Origin: Candidatus Saccharibacteria bacterium RIFCSPHIGHO2_12_FULL_41_12
Lineage (GTDB): Bacteria > Patescibacteriota > Saccharimonadia > Saccharimonadales > 2-12-FULL-41-12
Direction: 5' to 3'
DNA length: 41,776 nucleotides
Assembly (NCBI GenBank): GCA_001790445.1
Contig: MGCQ01000007.1
Coordinates: 17,030-58,805, forward strand
The stretch's first letter is position 1. Each line of letters begins with the position of its first letter. The notes beneath the pieces were generated by a model. That model saw nothing but the letters and a program-made list of their open reading frames with translations. It ran no database searches and was not told where the DNA came from. Made by a program: the position numbers and the translations under genes. Positions 9,800 through 18,823 of this stretch are shown one piece after another.

Positions 9800-9962
9800 A
9801 CGCGTCTCTTATTATTAGTATTTGATTATGATGTTATGACTAGGGAGGGGAACGTATAGCTGTTTGACATAAAACGTTCAATTGACTGGTTTGCTAAATA
9901 CGTATCATAAGAATAGTATTAGCTTATGGGGAACGTATAAATAATATGCAGAGATTCGCTAA

Positions 9963-10871
9963 ATGTCAGGAATGAATCACGGCTCAACCAACGTAAAAGG
10001 CTTGAAAATAAGTGCCGTACTATTATTCACGTACTTTATTGCGGAAATAACAGTAGCTTTGATAACCGGAAGCTTATCGTTATTGGCTGACGCTGCTCAT
10101 GAACTATCTACTGTCGTAGCTATAAGCGTATCTTTAATAGCAATTAAACTTACACACACTAAGCCTACATCTAAACGCACATTTGGATTTCACAGAGCCG
10201 AGACCGTAGCCGCACTAACTAACGGTCTTTTATTGTTAGGTATGGCTGCATTCATTATCATACGAGGCATTGATCGCCTGTCCAATCCAGTTGAAATGAA
10301 TGCAGCCCCGATGTTTGCTATGGCAATTGGCGGTATAGGACTTGAAATAGCCGCTTTGATAATTATGTATAAAGGCCAAAAAGAAAGCCTCAATATACGA
10401 GGCTCATTCTGGCATGTCATAAATGCCTTTCTAGGCAGTATTGCAGTTATCATCGCGGCTATATTTATTCAAGTAGGTCAAATATACGAAGCAGACACTT
10501 GGGCGGGGCTGGTCTTTGCCGTCATTTTGACATACGCCGCATATGGAATTATAAGGGATGCTTTACGGATATTAATTGATGCCACACCTGCAAGAATTGA
10601 TATAACCCTGATTGAAAAAGATCTCAAAGCAATAAAAGGCGTAAAAACAACCCATCATTTGCATGCTCGTACAGTCGGCGGTGGTATAGAAACTTTCTCA
10701 GGTCACCTAGTAGTAAGTAATAGTAAAAATACTATAGTCGTCCTTACCCAAGCTAAATCAATACTAGAAAAGAAATATGGTTTCAGCCTTTCAACTATTC
10801 AAATAGAAGATGACAGCATATTTGAAAGCGACCCCAAAGAGATTGAATATCAATCTAACGTGAAGCACTAA
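9963..10871 (+). CDS. cation diffusion facilitator (CzcD/ZitB-like) metal efflux transporter
   Basis: SLSLLADAAH, RTFGFHRAE..AAL.NG, SLNIRGSFWHV motifs. Confidence 0.9.
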   Translation: MSGMNHGSTNVKGLKISAVLLFTYFIAEITVALITGSLSLLADAAHELSTVVAISVSLIAIKLTHTKPTSKRTFGFHRAETVAALTNGLLLLGMAAFIIIRGIDRLSNPVEMNAAPMFAMAIGGIGLEIAALIIMYKGQKESLNIRGSFWHVINAFLGSIAVIIAAIFIQVGQIYEADTWAGLVFAVILTYAAYGIIRDALRILIDATPARIDITLIEKDLKAIKGVKTTHHLHARTVGGGIETFSGHLVVSNSKNTIVVLTQAKSILEKKYGFSLSTIQIEDDSIFESDPKEIEYQSNVKH

Positions 10872-10908
10872 ACAAAAACGAACACCACATATACGCAATG
10901 AAGTATAT

Positions 10909-10975
10909 AATTGGGAGGACCGTCCTCCGCTACCTCAGCTACAAAATTACACCAAGGAGCTCGGCATAGATTCGC
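10909..10975. repeat. REP-like repeat (10909-10942) followed by hsdM 3'-end fragment (10948-10975)
   Basis: 29/34 identity to 5990-6023; 25/28 identity to 13874-13901. Confidence 0.8.
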
Positions 10976-10991
10976 TGGTTGAAATGCATGG

Positions 10992-11109
10992 GCACCAAAG
11001 AAAGAGTCTGGTGTTTTGGCTCAAACTCCTGGCCTCATCAAAAATCAAAAATAGGTCATTCCCCCGTCCGTCTACGGCCAATGAAGTTTGAGTCTCCTTA
11101 CCAGCACCA
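10992..11109. repeat. tRNA-Gly-derived unit B
   Basis: gcaccaaagaaaga (as at 9655-9668), then 11020-11109 colinear with 9710-9799; followed by hairpin at ~11111-11141. Confidence 0.92.
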
Positions 11110-11259
11110 CAAAAGACTTTTCAGGTTTTGAAAGGTCTTTTTTTGCCCACCAATCTGTAGATTATCTGATTTTTGGGTGTAAATATTGTTTGAAAGGTTC
11201 GGTTTTTAGTTGTTAGTAAAATTGAAACTTCATAGAGTTTGTGATAACATTATAAAGTT

Positions 11260-12180
11260 ATGAACTACTCAACACAGTTAAAATCTATCCTCAACGCCTC
11301 TGGTTGGTCTCAAGAACAGTTGGCGCATAACCTCAACGTATCTTTTGCGACGCTTAACTCTTGGATCAATGACCGCTCACAACCGAGAGCTAAAGCATTA
11401 CTGAGCATTGAAAAACTGTATCTTGATACGGTCGGCGTAGATAGTGTAGACGATGCAGCACTCATGCCAGCCAAACTGGCCGCATTGAAGCTATTGGCTA
11501 GCCCCAAATCAATCTCTGGTAGTAAAGAAGTTCTAGATAAATTAACTCTTTACCTGACTTATCACACCAACACTATTGAAGGTAGCACGATGACCCTCAG
11601 TGATGTTGAAGATGTTATCTTTGACCATAAAGTATTATCCAATCGTACCGCCATAGAACAGACCGAGGCGCGCAACCACCAAGCAACGCTCCACTGGTTG
11701 CTACAGGAACTTGTAGATAAGGGTAATGGCTTTGTTATTGATGAGAAGCTAATACTTGGTATTCACTTACGCCTCATGAATGGGATTATCAGCGATGCAG
11801 GCCAGTATCGAAAACATGCTGTGCGGATTATAGGTTCGCATGTGGCCTTGGCTAACTGGGCAAAAGTACCCGAACTTGTAGCCAGCCTTATCGATGACTT
11901 AAAAAGCCCATCTACGGATATCATCAAAGTGTTAGCTGCTACTCATGCCCGATTTGAGAAAATACATCCGTTTAGTGATGGCAATGGACGTGCTGGTCGT
12001 TTAATTTTGCTCGCTCAAGCCCTCAAAGCTGGACTTATCCCACCACTAGTAGTTAAAGAGCGCAAGCATGCTTACTACAAATATCTTGAACTTGCCCAAA
12101 CTAAGGATGACTACATGCCACTCGAGCTGTTTATCTCTGAATCTATGCACTTCACGCAGGAGCTGCTCAATAGTAAGTAG
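11260..12180 (+). CDS. XRE-HTH plus Fic domain protein
   Basis: N-terminal WSQEQLA..LNVS..TLNSW HTH; TNTIEG autoinhibitory-type motif; canonical HPFSDGNGRAGR. Confidence 0.92.
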   Translation: MNYSTQLKSILNASGWSQEQLAHNLNVSFATLNSWINDRSQPRAKALLSIEKLYLDTVGVDSVDDAALMPAKLAALKLLASPKSISGSKEVLDKLTLYLTYHTNTIEGSTMTLSDVEDVIFDHKVLSNRTAIEQTEARNHQATLHWLLQELVDKGNGFVIDEKLILGIHLRLMNGIISDAGQYRKHAVRIIGSHVALANWAKVPELVASLIDDLKSPSTDIIKVLAATHARFEKIHPFSDGNGRAGRLILLAQALKAGLIPPLVVKERKHAYYKYLELAQTKDDYMPLELFISESMHFTQELLNSK

Positions 12181-12246
12181 ATAGCCCTATAAACATCTAG
12201 TATCATATCTTCTGAGGAATAGAGTTATACTTTCAGCAATAATGCT

Positions 12247-12289
12247 GCACCAAAGAAAGAGTCTGTTGTTCAGGCTCAAACCCTGGCCT
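12247..12289. repeat. degenerate tRNA-Gly-derived unit C
   Basis: gcaccaaagaaagagtctg...ctcaaac-cctggcct matches 10992-11035. Confidence 0.8.
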
Positions 12290-12349
12290 ACATACCTCTA
12301 GATTTTCTCTGTTAATAGGAGTAAAATTATAGAGAAAAAGAGAGGTAAA

Positions 12350-13921
12350 ATGTCCGAAGACCAGAAAAAACAGCTACAAACCCAACTATGGAAAATCGCT
12401 AACGAACTACGTGGCAAGATGGATGCTGATGAATTTCGCGATTATATCCTTGGCTTCATCTTTTACAAATATCTTTCAGAAAAAATTGAGCTCTACGCCA
12501 ACAAAGAGCTTTTAGCCAATGACGGCATCAAGTACGCCGATATTGATGAATCTACGGATCAGGGAGCAGAAATTTTAGGGGCTGTGAAAATCGCGGCCAT
12601 CGACAAACTTGGCTATTTCCTCAAACCCAGCGAGCTGTTCCATCACGTTGCTGCGCACGGCAATCTGAACGACAACCTGATCGAACAGCTAGAAAAGACT
12701 CTGGGCGATATCGAATCTAGCACTATGGGCCAAGATAGCGAAGACGACTTTGACAAACTTTTTTCAGAGCTTGACCTCAACGCTAGTCGTTTGGGCAAAA
12801 CTGTTAGCCAACGCAACGATCTCATCGCCAAAGTACTGGTACATCTGGATAAAATTGATTTTCAGCTAGAAAATTCTCAGATCGATATTCTGGGCGATGC
12901 CTACGAATATCTGATCAGCCAATTTGCCAGTGGCGCCGGTAAAAAAGCTGGTGAATTCTACACTCCCCAAGAAGTAAGCACTATACTGGCCCGGGTCGTC
13001 ACGAACGGCAAAAAACAGCTCAAAAGTGTCTACGATCCAACCTGTGGCTCTGGCTCATTATTGCTGCGAGTAGCCAAATATGTGCAAGATGTTGATCATT
13101 TTTATGGTCAAGAACTAAATAACACCACCTACAACCTAGCGCGCATGAATATGATTTTGCATGACGTACATTTTGCCAATTTTGACATCAAGCAAGAGGA
13201 CACGCTCGAGAACCCACAACATGCCGAGCTACGTTTTGAGGCAATTGTTGCCAATCCGCCCTTTAGCGCCAACTGGTCAGCAAATCCGATCCACCTCAGT
13301 GATGATCGTTTTAGCCAATACGGCAAACTGGCACCCAGCAGCAAAGCAGATTATGCGTTTATTCAGCATATGGTTTACCAGCTCGACGACAACGGCACTA
13401 TGGCGGTGGTTATGCCACATGGCGTGCTATTTCGCGGGGCGGCTGAAGGCCATATCCGCCAATATTTGATCAAAGAAAAGAACTATCTCGATGCCGTGAT
13501 TGGTTTGCCTGCAAATTTGTTCTTTGGTACTAGCATTCCAGCCTGTATTTTAGTGTTCAAAAAATGCCGCACCAACCCAAATGATATTTTGTTTATTGAT
13601 TCCAGCCAACACTTTGAAAAGGGCAAGAACCAAAACCGACTGCGTCCGAGCGATATCGATAAAATCATCGAAACATACAGCCGACGCAAAAGCGAAGATA
13701 AATACAGCTACGTCGCTCCGCTTAGCGAGGTAAAAGAAAACGACTACAACCTCAACATCCCCCGCTACGTCGACACATTTGAGGAAGAGGAAGAGATCGA
13801 CCTCGACAAAGTCGTGGCAGAAATCCGCAAAATAGACAAAGAGTCAGTAGGAATTGACCAAAAAATCGCAAAATACACCAAGGAACTCGGCATAAACTCG
13901 CCATTCGGAGAAATAAAATGA
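12350..13921 (+). CDS. hsdM: type I R-M methyltransferase subunit M
   Basis: GEFYTP, YDPTCGSGSLL, ANPPF, PHGVLFRG motifs. Confidence 0.97.
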   Translation: MSEDQKKQLQTQLWKIANELRGKMDADEFRDYILGFIFYKYLSEKIELYANKELLANDGIKYADIDESTDQGAEILGAVKIAAIDKLGYFLKPSELFHHVAAHGNLNDNLIEQLEKTLGDIESSTMGQDSEDDFDKLFSELDLNASRLGKTVSQRNDLIAKVLVHLDKIDFQLENSQIDILGDAYEYLISQFASGAGKKAGEFYTPQEVSTILARVVTNGKKQLKSVYDPTCGSGSLLLRVAKYVQDVDHFYGQELNNTTYNLARMNMILHDVHFANFDIKQEDTLENPQHAELRFEAIVANPPFSANWSANPIHLSDDRFSQYGKLAPSSKADYAFIQHMVYQLDDNGTMAVVMPHGVLFRGAAEGHIRQYLIKEKNYLDAVIGLPANLFFGTSIPACILVFKKCRTNPNDILFIDSSQHFEKGKNQNRLRPSDIDKIIETYSRRKSEDKYSYVAPLSEVKENDYNLNIPRYVDTFEEEEEIDLDKVVAEIRKIDKESVGIDQKIAKYTKELGINSPFGEIK

Positions 13922-14562
13922 GTAGTTACATATTTATGGACGAAAGCGGTGATTTGGGCTTCGATTTTACCAAAAAGAAAACCTCTCACTATTTTGTGGT
14001 AACCTTTTTATTTGCGAAAGACAAGAAAAAGCTTAACAAGTTGGTTCGGAAGATTTTTAGAAACTTTAGCAAAACAGAAATAAAAAATCACCACGGCACG
14101 CTACACGCATTCAAGGAAAAACCCGTAACTCGCATGCGGTTATTGAATCTACTCTCAGAGCAAGACGTGTATATTCTGACCGTTAGAATGAATAAAAAGA
14201 ACGTCTATACAAAATTGCAAGATGAAAAACACGTACTCTATAACTATGTGGTGAATATATTGCTAGATAGAATGATCAGAAAAAAGCTAGTCCCACAGAA
14301 CAAGCCCGTACACTTTGTTGCATCAAAAAGAGAAACGAACAAGTTTTTGAACGAAAACTTTGCGACATATCTTAAAGAACAGTCTAAAACTAATCACAAA
14401 CTAGATATTAATATTGAGATCAAAACCCCTAGTGAAGAAAAAGGGTTGCAAATTGTAGATAGTTTGGCGTGGAGCTTCTTTAGAAAATACGAGCACGAAG
14501 ATGAATCGTATGCAGACATAGTCAAAGGTAAAGTGGTTGAAGAAAATGGCTTATTCACATAA
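13918..14562 (+). CDS. DUF3800-like (RNase H-fold) protein
   Basis: N-terminal YIFMDESGDLG and C-terminal GLQIVD.LAW motifs characteristic of DUF3800. Confidence 0.8.
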   Translation: MSSYIFMDESGDLGFDFTKKKTSHYFVVTFLFAKDKKKLNKLVRKIFRNFSKTEIKNHHGTLHAFKEKPVTRMRLLNLLSEQDVYILTVRMNKKNVYTKLQDEKHVLYNYVVNILLDRMIRKKLVPQNKPVHFVASKRETNKFLNENFATYLKEQSKTNHKLDINIEIKTPSEEKGLQIVDSLAWSFFRKYEHEDESYADIVKGKVVEENGLFT

Positions 14563-14583
14563 CCATCACCCAGAAAAGGAAAA

Positions 14584-14679
14584 TCCTCTGTCGTTATTTA
14601 CGAGGAACCATACGGAGCCCCACGACAGAGGAATTACTTACCATCTGCATTGTAGCATAAGCATTCCGCTTATGTCAAT
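14584..14679. ncRNA. candidate structured RNA downstream of DUF3800 gene
   Basis: perfect 11-bp stem tcctctgtcgt(14584-94)/acgacagagga(14622-32); second hairpin cataagc/gcttatg (14656-14674). Confidence 0.5.
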
Positions 14680-14724
14680 CTCACAACAAAAAAGGAGCTC
14701 GGCGTAGCTTCGCCGGTTTAGATT

Positions 14725-15237
14725 ATGTCCACAATCCCTTTATCAAAAAAGAATAGGCGATTAATCCTCGAGTCATTGAGTAAAAGACAGAATCAACTTT
14801 GGGTAAAGCGCAATGAGCTATTAGAAGATGCAGGGATGAGTGAGGAAGGTATGCACTCAGATTTTATGTATTTGCTCGGCAAGGGGTACATTAGTGTTCC
14901 AGGTCCAGGTCCTATCGATCAGCTACAGTATATTCCTTACGCACACATGAAAATTACAGCTGCGGGTAATGATTATCTAGAGGAGCTTGCTCAAGAGCCA
15001 AAGCAAGCAGAAGCGCAAAAAACATTACTAAGTGTTCCAGGCAATCACAATAAGTTTCATAATGTATCGGTCGGTGGAGGAGTGGACGTGCCTGGCGAGA
15101 ATAATGCATTCACAAAAACAAGTATAGGTCATATACCGAGATCCAATGAACATAAATTGCTTTGGTGGTTTATGAGCATTGTAGCGGGTGTAATTGTTTT
15201 GCTAATAGGTGTGTATGTCCTCGGGGTAGGAAAATGA
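14725..15237 (+). CDS. hypothetical protein, possible winged-helix N-terminus and C-terminal TM helix
   Basis: YLLGKGYI...KITAAGNDYLE pattern; hydrophobic C-terminus; stop overlaps hsdS ATG. Confidence 0.65.
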   Translation: MSTIPLSKKNRRLILESLSKRQNQLWVKRNELLEDAGMSEEGMHSDFMYLLGKGYISVPGPGPIDQLQYIPYAHMKITAAGNDYLEELAQEPKQAEAQKTLLSVPGNHNKFHNVSVGGGVDVPGENNAFTKTSIGHIPRSNEHKLLWWFMSIVAGVIVLLIGVYVLGVGK

Positions 15238-16448
15238 ACACTACAACAACCAAAAAAGTGCCGGAGCTTCGCTTTCCTGAGTTTAGTGGTGAGTGGCAGA
15301 CTATAAAGCTTGGTGATTTTATCGATAGTCTTGATGCAGGAGTTAGCGTAAATTCCGAGGACAGAGTGGCCAAGGATGATGAAAAAGCAATATTAAAAAC
15401 TAGTTGTGTAACCAAAGGCACTTTTGACTGCAAGGAGAATAAGGTCGTTACCGACAGCGCAGAGACTCGAAGGCTAAAAGAATCAATCGAGGTAGATACA
15501 ATCATTATCAGCCGGATGAATACACCACAGTTAGTTGGCGCAAATGCACTTGTACATGAGTCGAACGAGAACATTTTTTTACCTGACAGACTTTGGGCTG
15601 CAAAAATCAAAACCAATGCATCACCAAGATGGATTGCTCTAAAACTTGGTAGTAAAAGTATGCGTGCTCATCTGAGCGTACTAGCAACAGGAACAAGCAA
15701 TTCTATGAAAAACGTCACAAAAGGCGATGTACTTAACGCGAAAATACTTGCTCCGTCGCGCGAGGAGCAGAAGAAGATTGCGGGGTTTTTGGGAGTGGTG
15801 GATGAGAGGGTTGCGGTGATTGATAAAAAAGTCGAGCTGCTGAAAAAATACAGAAAAGGCGTCATGCAAAAAATCTTTCCACCAGCAAACGGACAGACTC
15901 CCAAAATCCGCTTTTCTGATGAAAATGGCAAAAACTACCCTGACTGGCAAGGGAAAAAGCTTGGCGATATATTAGCCTATGAACAACCTACAAAATATAT
16001 TGTTAAATCGACGGAATACGATGATAAATATAAGACACCTGTATTAACAGCCGGCAAGACGTTTATCTTAGGGTATACAGACGAAGAAGACGGAATTAAC
16101 AATGATATTCCGGTCATCATTTTTGACGACTTTACGACCGCTAGTCACTTTGTTGATTTCCCGTTTAAAGTTAAGTCGTCCGCGATGAAAATTCTGAGAA
16201 CAAAAACAGACGTAAATATAAAAGTAGCATACGAGTTACTAAGCAAGATAAAGTTTGTGGTCGGTGATCATAAGCGACACTGGATTGGTGAATTTCAAGA
16301 CTTTGCTATTAACCTACCCAGCGAAAAAGAACAGCAGAAAATCGCAGATTTTCTGACAAACCTAGATGATAAAATTAATGTAGTAGAAAGGCAGCTGGAG
16401 CAGGCCAAAAACTTCAAAAAATCCCTCCTCCAACAAATGTTTGTATGA
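15234..16448 (+). CDS. hsdS: type I R-M specificity subunit S
   Basis: VPELRFPEF, P..EEQKKIA.FL, EQQKIADFL..LD, KSLLQQMF conserved regions; ATG at 15234 overlaps the upstream TGA. Confidence 0.95.
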   Translation: MNTTTTKKVPELRFPEFSGEWQTIKLGDFIDSLDAGVSVNSEDRVAKDDEKAILKTSCVTKGTFDCKENKVVTDSAETRRLKESIEVDTIIISRMNTPQLVGANALVHESNENIFLPDRLWAAKIKTNASPRWIALKLGSKSMRAHLSVLATGTSNSMKNVTKGDVLNAKILAPSREEQKKIAGFLGVVDERVAVIDKKVELLKKYRKGVMQKIFPPANGQTPKIRFSDENGKNYPDWQGKKLGDILAYEQPTKYIVKSTEYDDKYKTPVLTAGKTFILGYTDEEDGINNDIPVIIFDDFTTASHFVDFPFKVKSSAMKILRTKTDVNIKVAYELLSKIKFVVGDHKRHWIGEFQDFAINLPSEKEQQKIADFLTNLDDKINVVERQLEQAKNFKKSLLQQMFV

Positions 16449-18823
16449 AATTGTGCTTAATTAAAACTATAGAAAACTACAAGTCATTTCAAAATTTTCG
16501 ATGGCAGAATTTTTTTAATTCTCAAGAATTTCATGACACAATAAATATACTCTATGGTGAAAACGGAACTGGGAAAAGCTCAGTTTGTAATATCCTAAAA
16601 AGTGTTTGTGGTGATAAAAAGCCTTTCGTAACAAATCAGATACCTAACGGAATTTGTTTGAAGTTTGACAATGGAGAGTATAAATTTTCAAACAAATCAA
16701 ATGCTTGGGACAAAACTAAAAGTACTGACGATTTTTTGTTTTTCGATCGTGAATTTGTACATGACAACATACATCTAGGGAATATGAGAGATACACAAGC
16801 AAACGGACAGGAACAAAAGTCCGGTAAAATGATTGTTCAATTTGATAGCGAAGCGATAAAGCTCCGTGAAGCTCGTCAAAAAACGAAAAAGGCTAAAGAC
16901 GATAAAGATGGTGAAATCAAAAAATACAATGAAGACCATAAAGATACTTTGAAATTTCTACTTTCAGAAGACGAAAGTCCCTTATTTGATACTTATAAAG
17001 ATAAAACAAAAGAAGAAATTACAGGGCTAAAAAAAGAACTCACAAAAGACAAAAAGGGAACGGAGAAGAAACTTGAAACCGATGGAGCAACTCAAAAACA
17101 AGTTAATGATATTCAAAATTCAATCACCGAAATCAGCAACGAAAAAATTGAATTATCATTATCAGAACAATCGATTTATCAAGCATTTTTCAATTTTGAT
17201 CTAAAAGAACAAGTACAAATACAAGCAGAGCAAGATTTAATTGTCAAAATAAGAAAGCATGAAGATTTTTTTCAAACTGGTATTGAAATCAGAGAAGAAA
17301 ACAAAAGCAAATGCCCGTTTTGCCAGTCAGAGAATGAAGAAGAAAATATTGGAAAAATCATCAAAGCTTACAATGATATTTTTGACGATACTTATAAAAA
17401 ACAGCTTCAATCCTTTGAAGACAATAAAAAAGCACTGATTGAAGAACTGGAAGATCTTGTCAATGCAGTTAAAAACTATGATATCGATTCTGTTTTTGTT
17501 TCCATGAGTGAACTAAATCAAAAATACAAAATCAAAGATATTTATTCAGTAGAAGAACAAAAGAAGCACAAAAAACCGACAACAAACAAGATTGCGGATT
17601 TGAAGAAAAAAATCGAAAATCTAAAAAAGCCAAGAAGTGAAGATATTGTAGAAGTTTACAATAAGGCAAAAACCGAATTTGAAACTTTAGAAACCTTTTT
17701 TGACGATATTTACACATTTATTGAGAAGAAAAACAAACTTATTCGTAAATTTAAAACAGATAATACAGACGAGAAAATACAACAAAGAATCACAGTAAAT
17801 AATCAAAAAATTGGAGAAATTGATTTAAGGATAACTTTTTTTACCGAGGGAAAGATTGACAAACAAAAACAAAAAGAAGCTAAAGAAAAAGGACTTGCGA
17901 CTACTCAAAAGGAATTTGAAGATTTAAGGACAAAACACGATAAAGCGAAAGAAGATTATGAAAAATATTGCTCCGAAGAAGTATTTGAAAAGACTTTGAA
18001 AAAAATCGAAGAATATTTTGATAAATTTAAATTCAGTTTCAAATTAAAATTAAAGACAGAAAAAACAAGAAACAAAACTGAATTTCCTTTTGCTTTCAAG
18101 GTTTTGGATAATGAAGGAGATGAAAGAGATTTTAAGGAAGGATTATCAGAGGGAGAATTGCAAGTTTTATCATTATGCTTTTTCTTTGCTTTTCTTGATA
18201 TACAGACGAATCCTGAAAATAAAGTCTTGGTATTTGATGATCCGATTACGAGCCTTGATAACAACAACTTAAGCCATTTAGTAGATCTAATCGCAGAAGA
18301 ACACGCCAAATTTTCTCAAACTTTTATTTTCACTCATCACAGAACGTTTTTTAAGTTTTTGAGAAAGAGTTTTAAAACTGGAAAAAATAATGGCAATCTA
18401 GGAAATGAATACAACATAATTCGTAACAAAAAAGAACTCGGGGGCAGTTTTATTTGTAAAAGTTGTTCAACAGACTTTAAGAATAAACTGGAAGGTTTTG
18501 AAAATAATATTTATAATAAGGCACAACAAGGAACACCAATAAATATTGAGATGAAAATTGTTGAGTATGGTCAATATTTGAGATATGAAGTAGAAAAATT
18601 TATCAAAAACGATTTACTGTTTTGGGATGCTGATAGTCAATTTTCAAAAGCTATCGATGGTATAAAAAATAGCAGGAATGACATTTCTGATCAGGATTTA
18701 GATAAAATAAATAAAGTTTATGAATTTTGTAATTGGACAACCTCTCATGTAGATGTTGGAGATGACCACGGTCTAGAAACATTGAAAACGAATATAAATA
18801 CCTTTATGGGGATTGTTAAATGA
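16445..18823 (+). CDS. RloC-like ABC/SMC-type ATPase with zinc hook; putative anticodon nuclease
   Basis: Walker A GENGTGKS, coiled coil with CPFC hook, LSEGE signature, VFDDPITSLD Walker B/D-loop, FTHH, C-terminal N..SH; lies between hsdS and hsdR; visibly AT-rich. Confidence 0.75.
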   Translation: MKLCLIKTIENYKSFQNFRWQNFFNSQEFHDTINILYGENGTGKSSVCNILKSVCGDKKPFVTNQIPNGICLKFDNGEYKFSNKSNAWDKTKSTDDFLFFDREFVHDNIHLGNMRDTQANGQEQKSGKMIVQFDSEAIKLREARQKTKKAKDDKDGEIKKYNEDHKDTLKFLLSEDESPLFDTYKDKTKEEITGLKKELTKDKKGTEKKLETDGATQKQVNDIQNSITEISNEKIELSLSEQSIYQAFFNFDLKEQVQIQAEQDLIVKIRKHEDFFQTGIEIREENKSKCPFCQSENEEENIGKIIKAYNDIFDDTYKKQLQSFEDNKKALIEELEDLVNAVKNYDIDSVFVSMSELNQKYKIKDIYSVEEQKKHKKPTTNKIADLKKKIENLKKPRSEDIVEVYNKAKTEFETLETFFDDIYTFIEKKNKLIRKFKTDNTDEKIQQRITVNNQKIGEIDLRITFFTEGKIDKQKQKEAKEKGLATTQKEFEDLRTKHDKAKEDYEKYCSEEVFEKTLKKIEEYFDKFKFSFKLKLKTEKTRNKTEFPFAFKVLDNEGDERDFKEGLSEGELQVLSLCFFFAFLDIQTNPENKVLVFDDPITSLDNNNLSHLVDLIAEEHAKFSQTFIFTHHRTFFKFLRKSFKTGKNNGNLGNEYNIIRNKKELGGSFICKSCSTDFKNKLEGFENNIYNKAQQGTPINIEMKIVEYGQYLRYEVEKFIKNDLLFWDADSQFSKAIDGIKNSRNDISDQDLDKINKVYEFCNWTTSHVDVGDDHGLETLKTNINTFMGIVK

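Noticed and set aside
9847-9939. 12-bp direct repeat ggggaacgtata upstream of the CDF gene as a metal-regulator operator
   Set aside because: The repeat is real (9847-58, 9928-39) but matches no operator I can assign, and no regulator gene is adjacent.
9710-11109. Canonical integron attC sites or CRISPR repeats
   Set aside because: The ends do not fit RYYYAAC/GTTRRRY, no intI or cas gene is present, and spacing is gene-sized; reported instead as tRNA-derived units.
15162-15233. Longer hsdS start from the ORF track
   Set aside because: It overlaps the upstream gene; ATG 15234 gives the usual ATGA coupling and a typical N-terminus.
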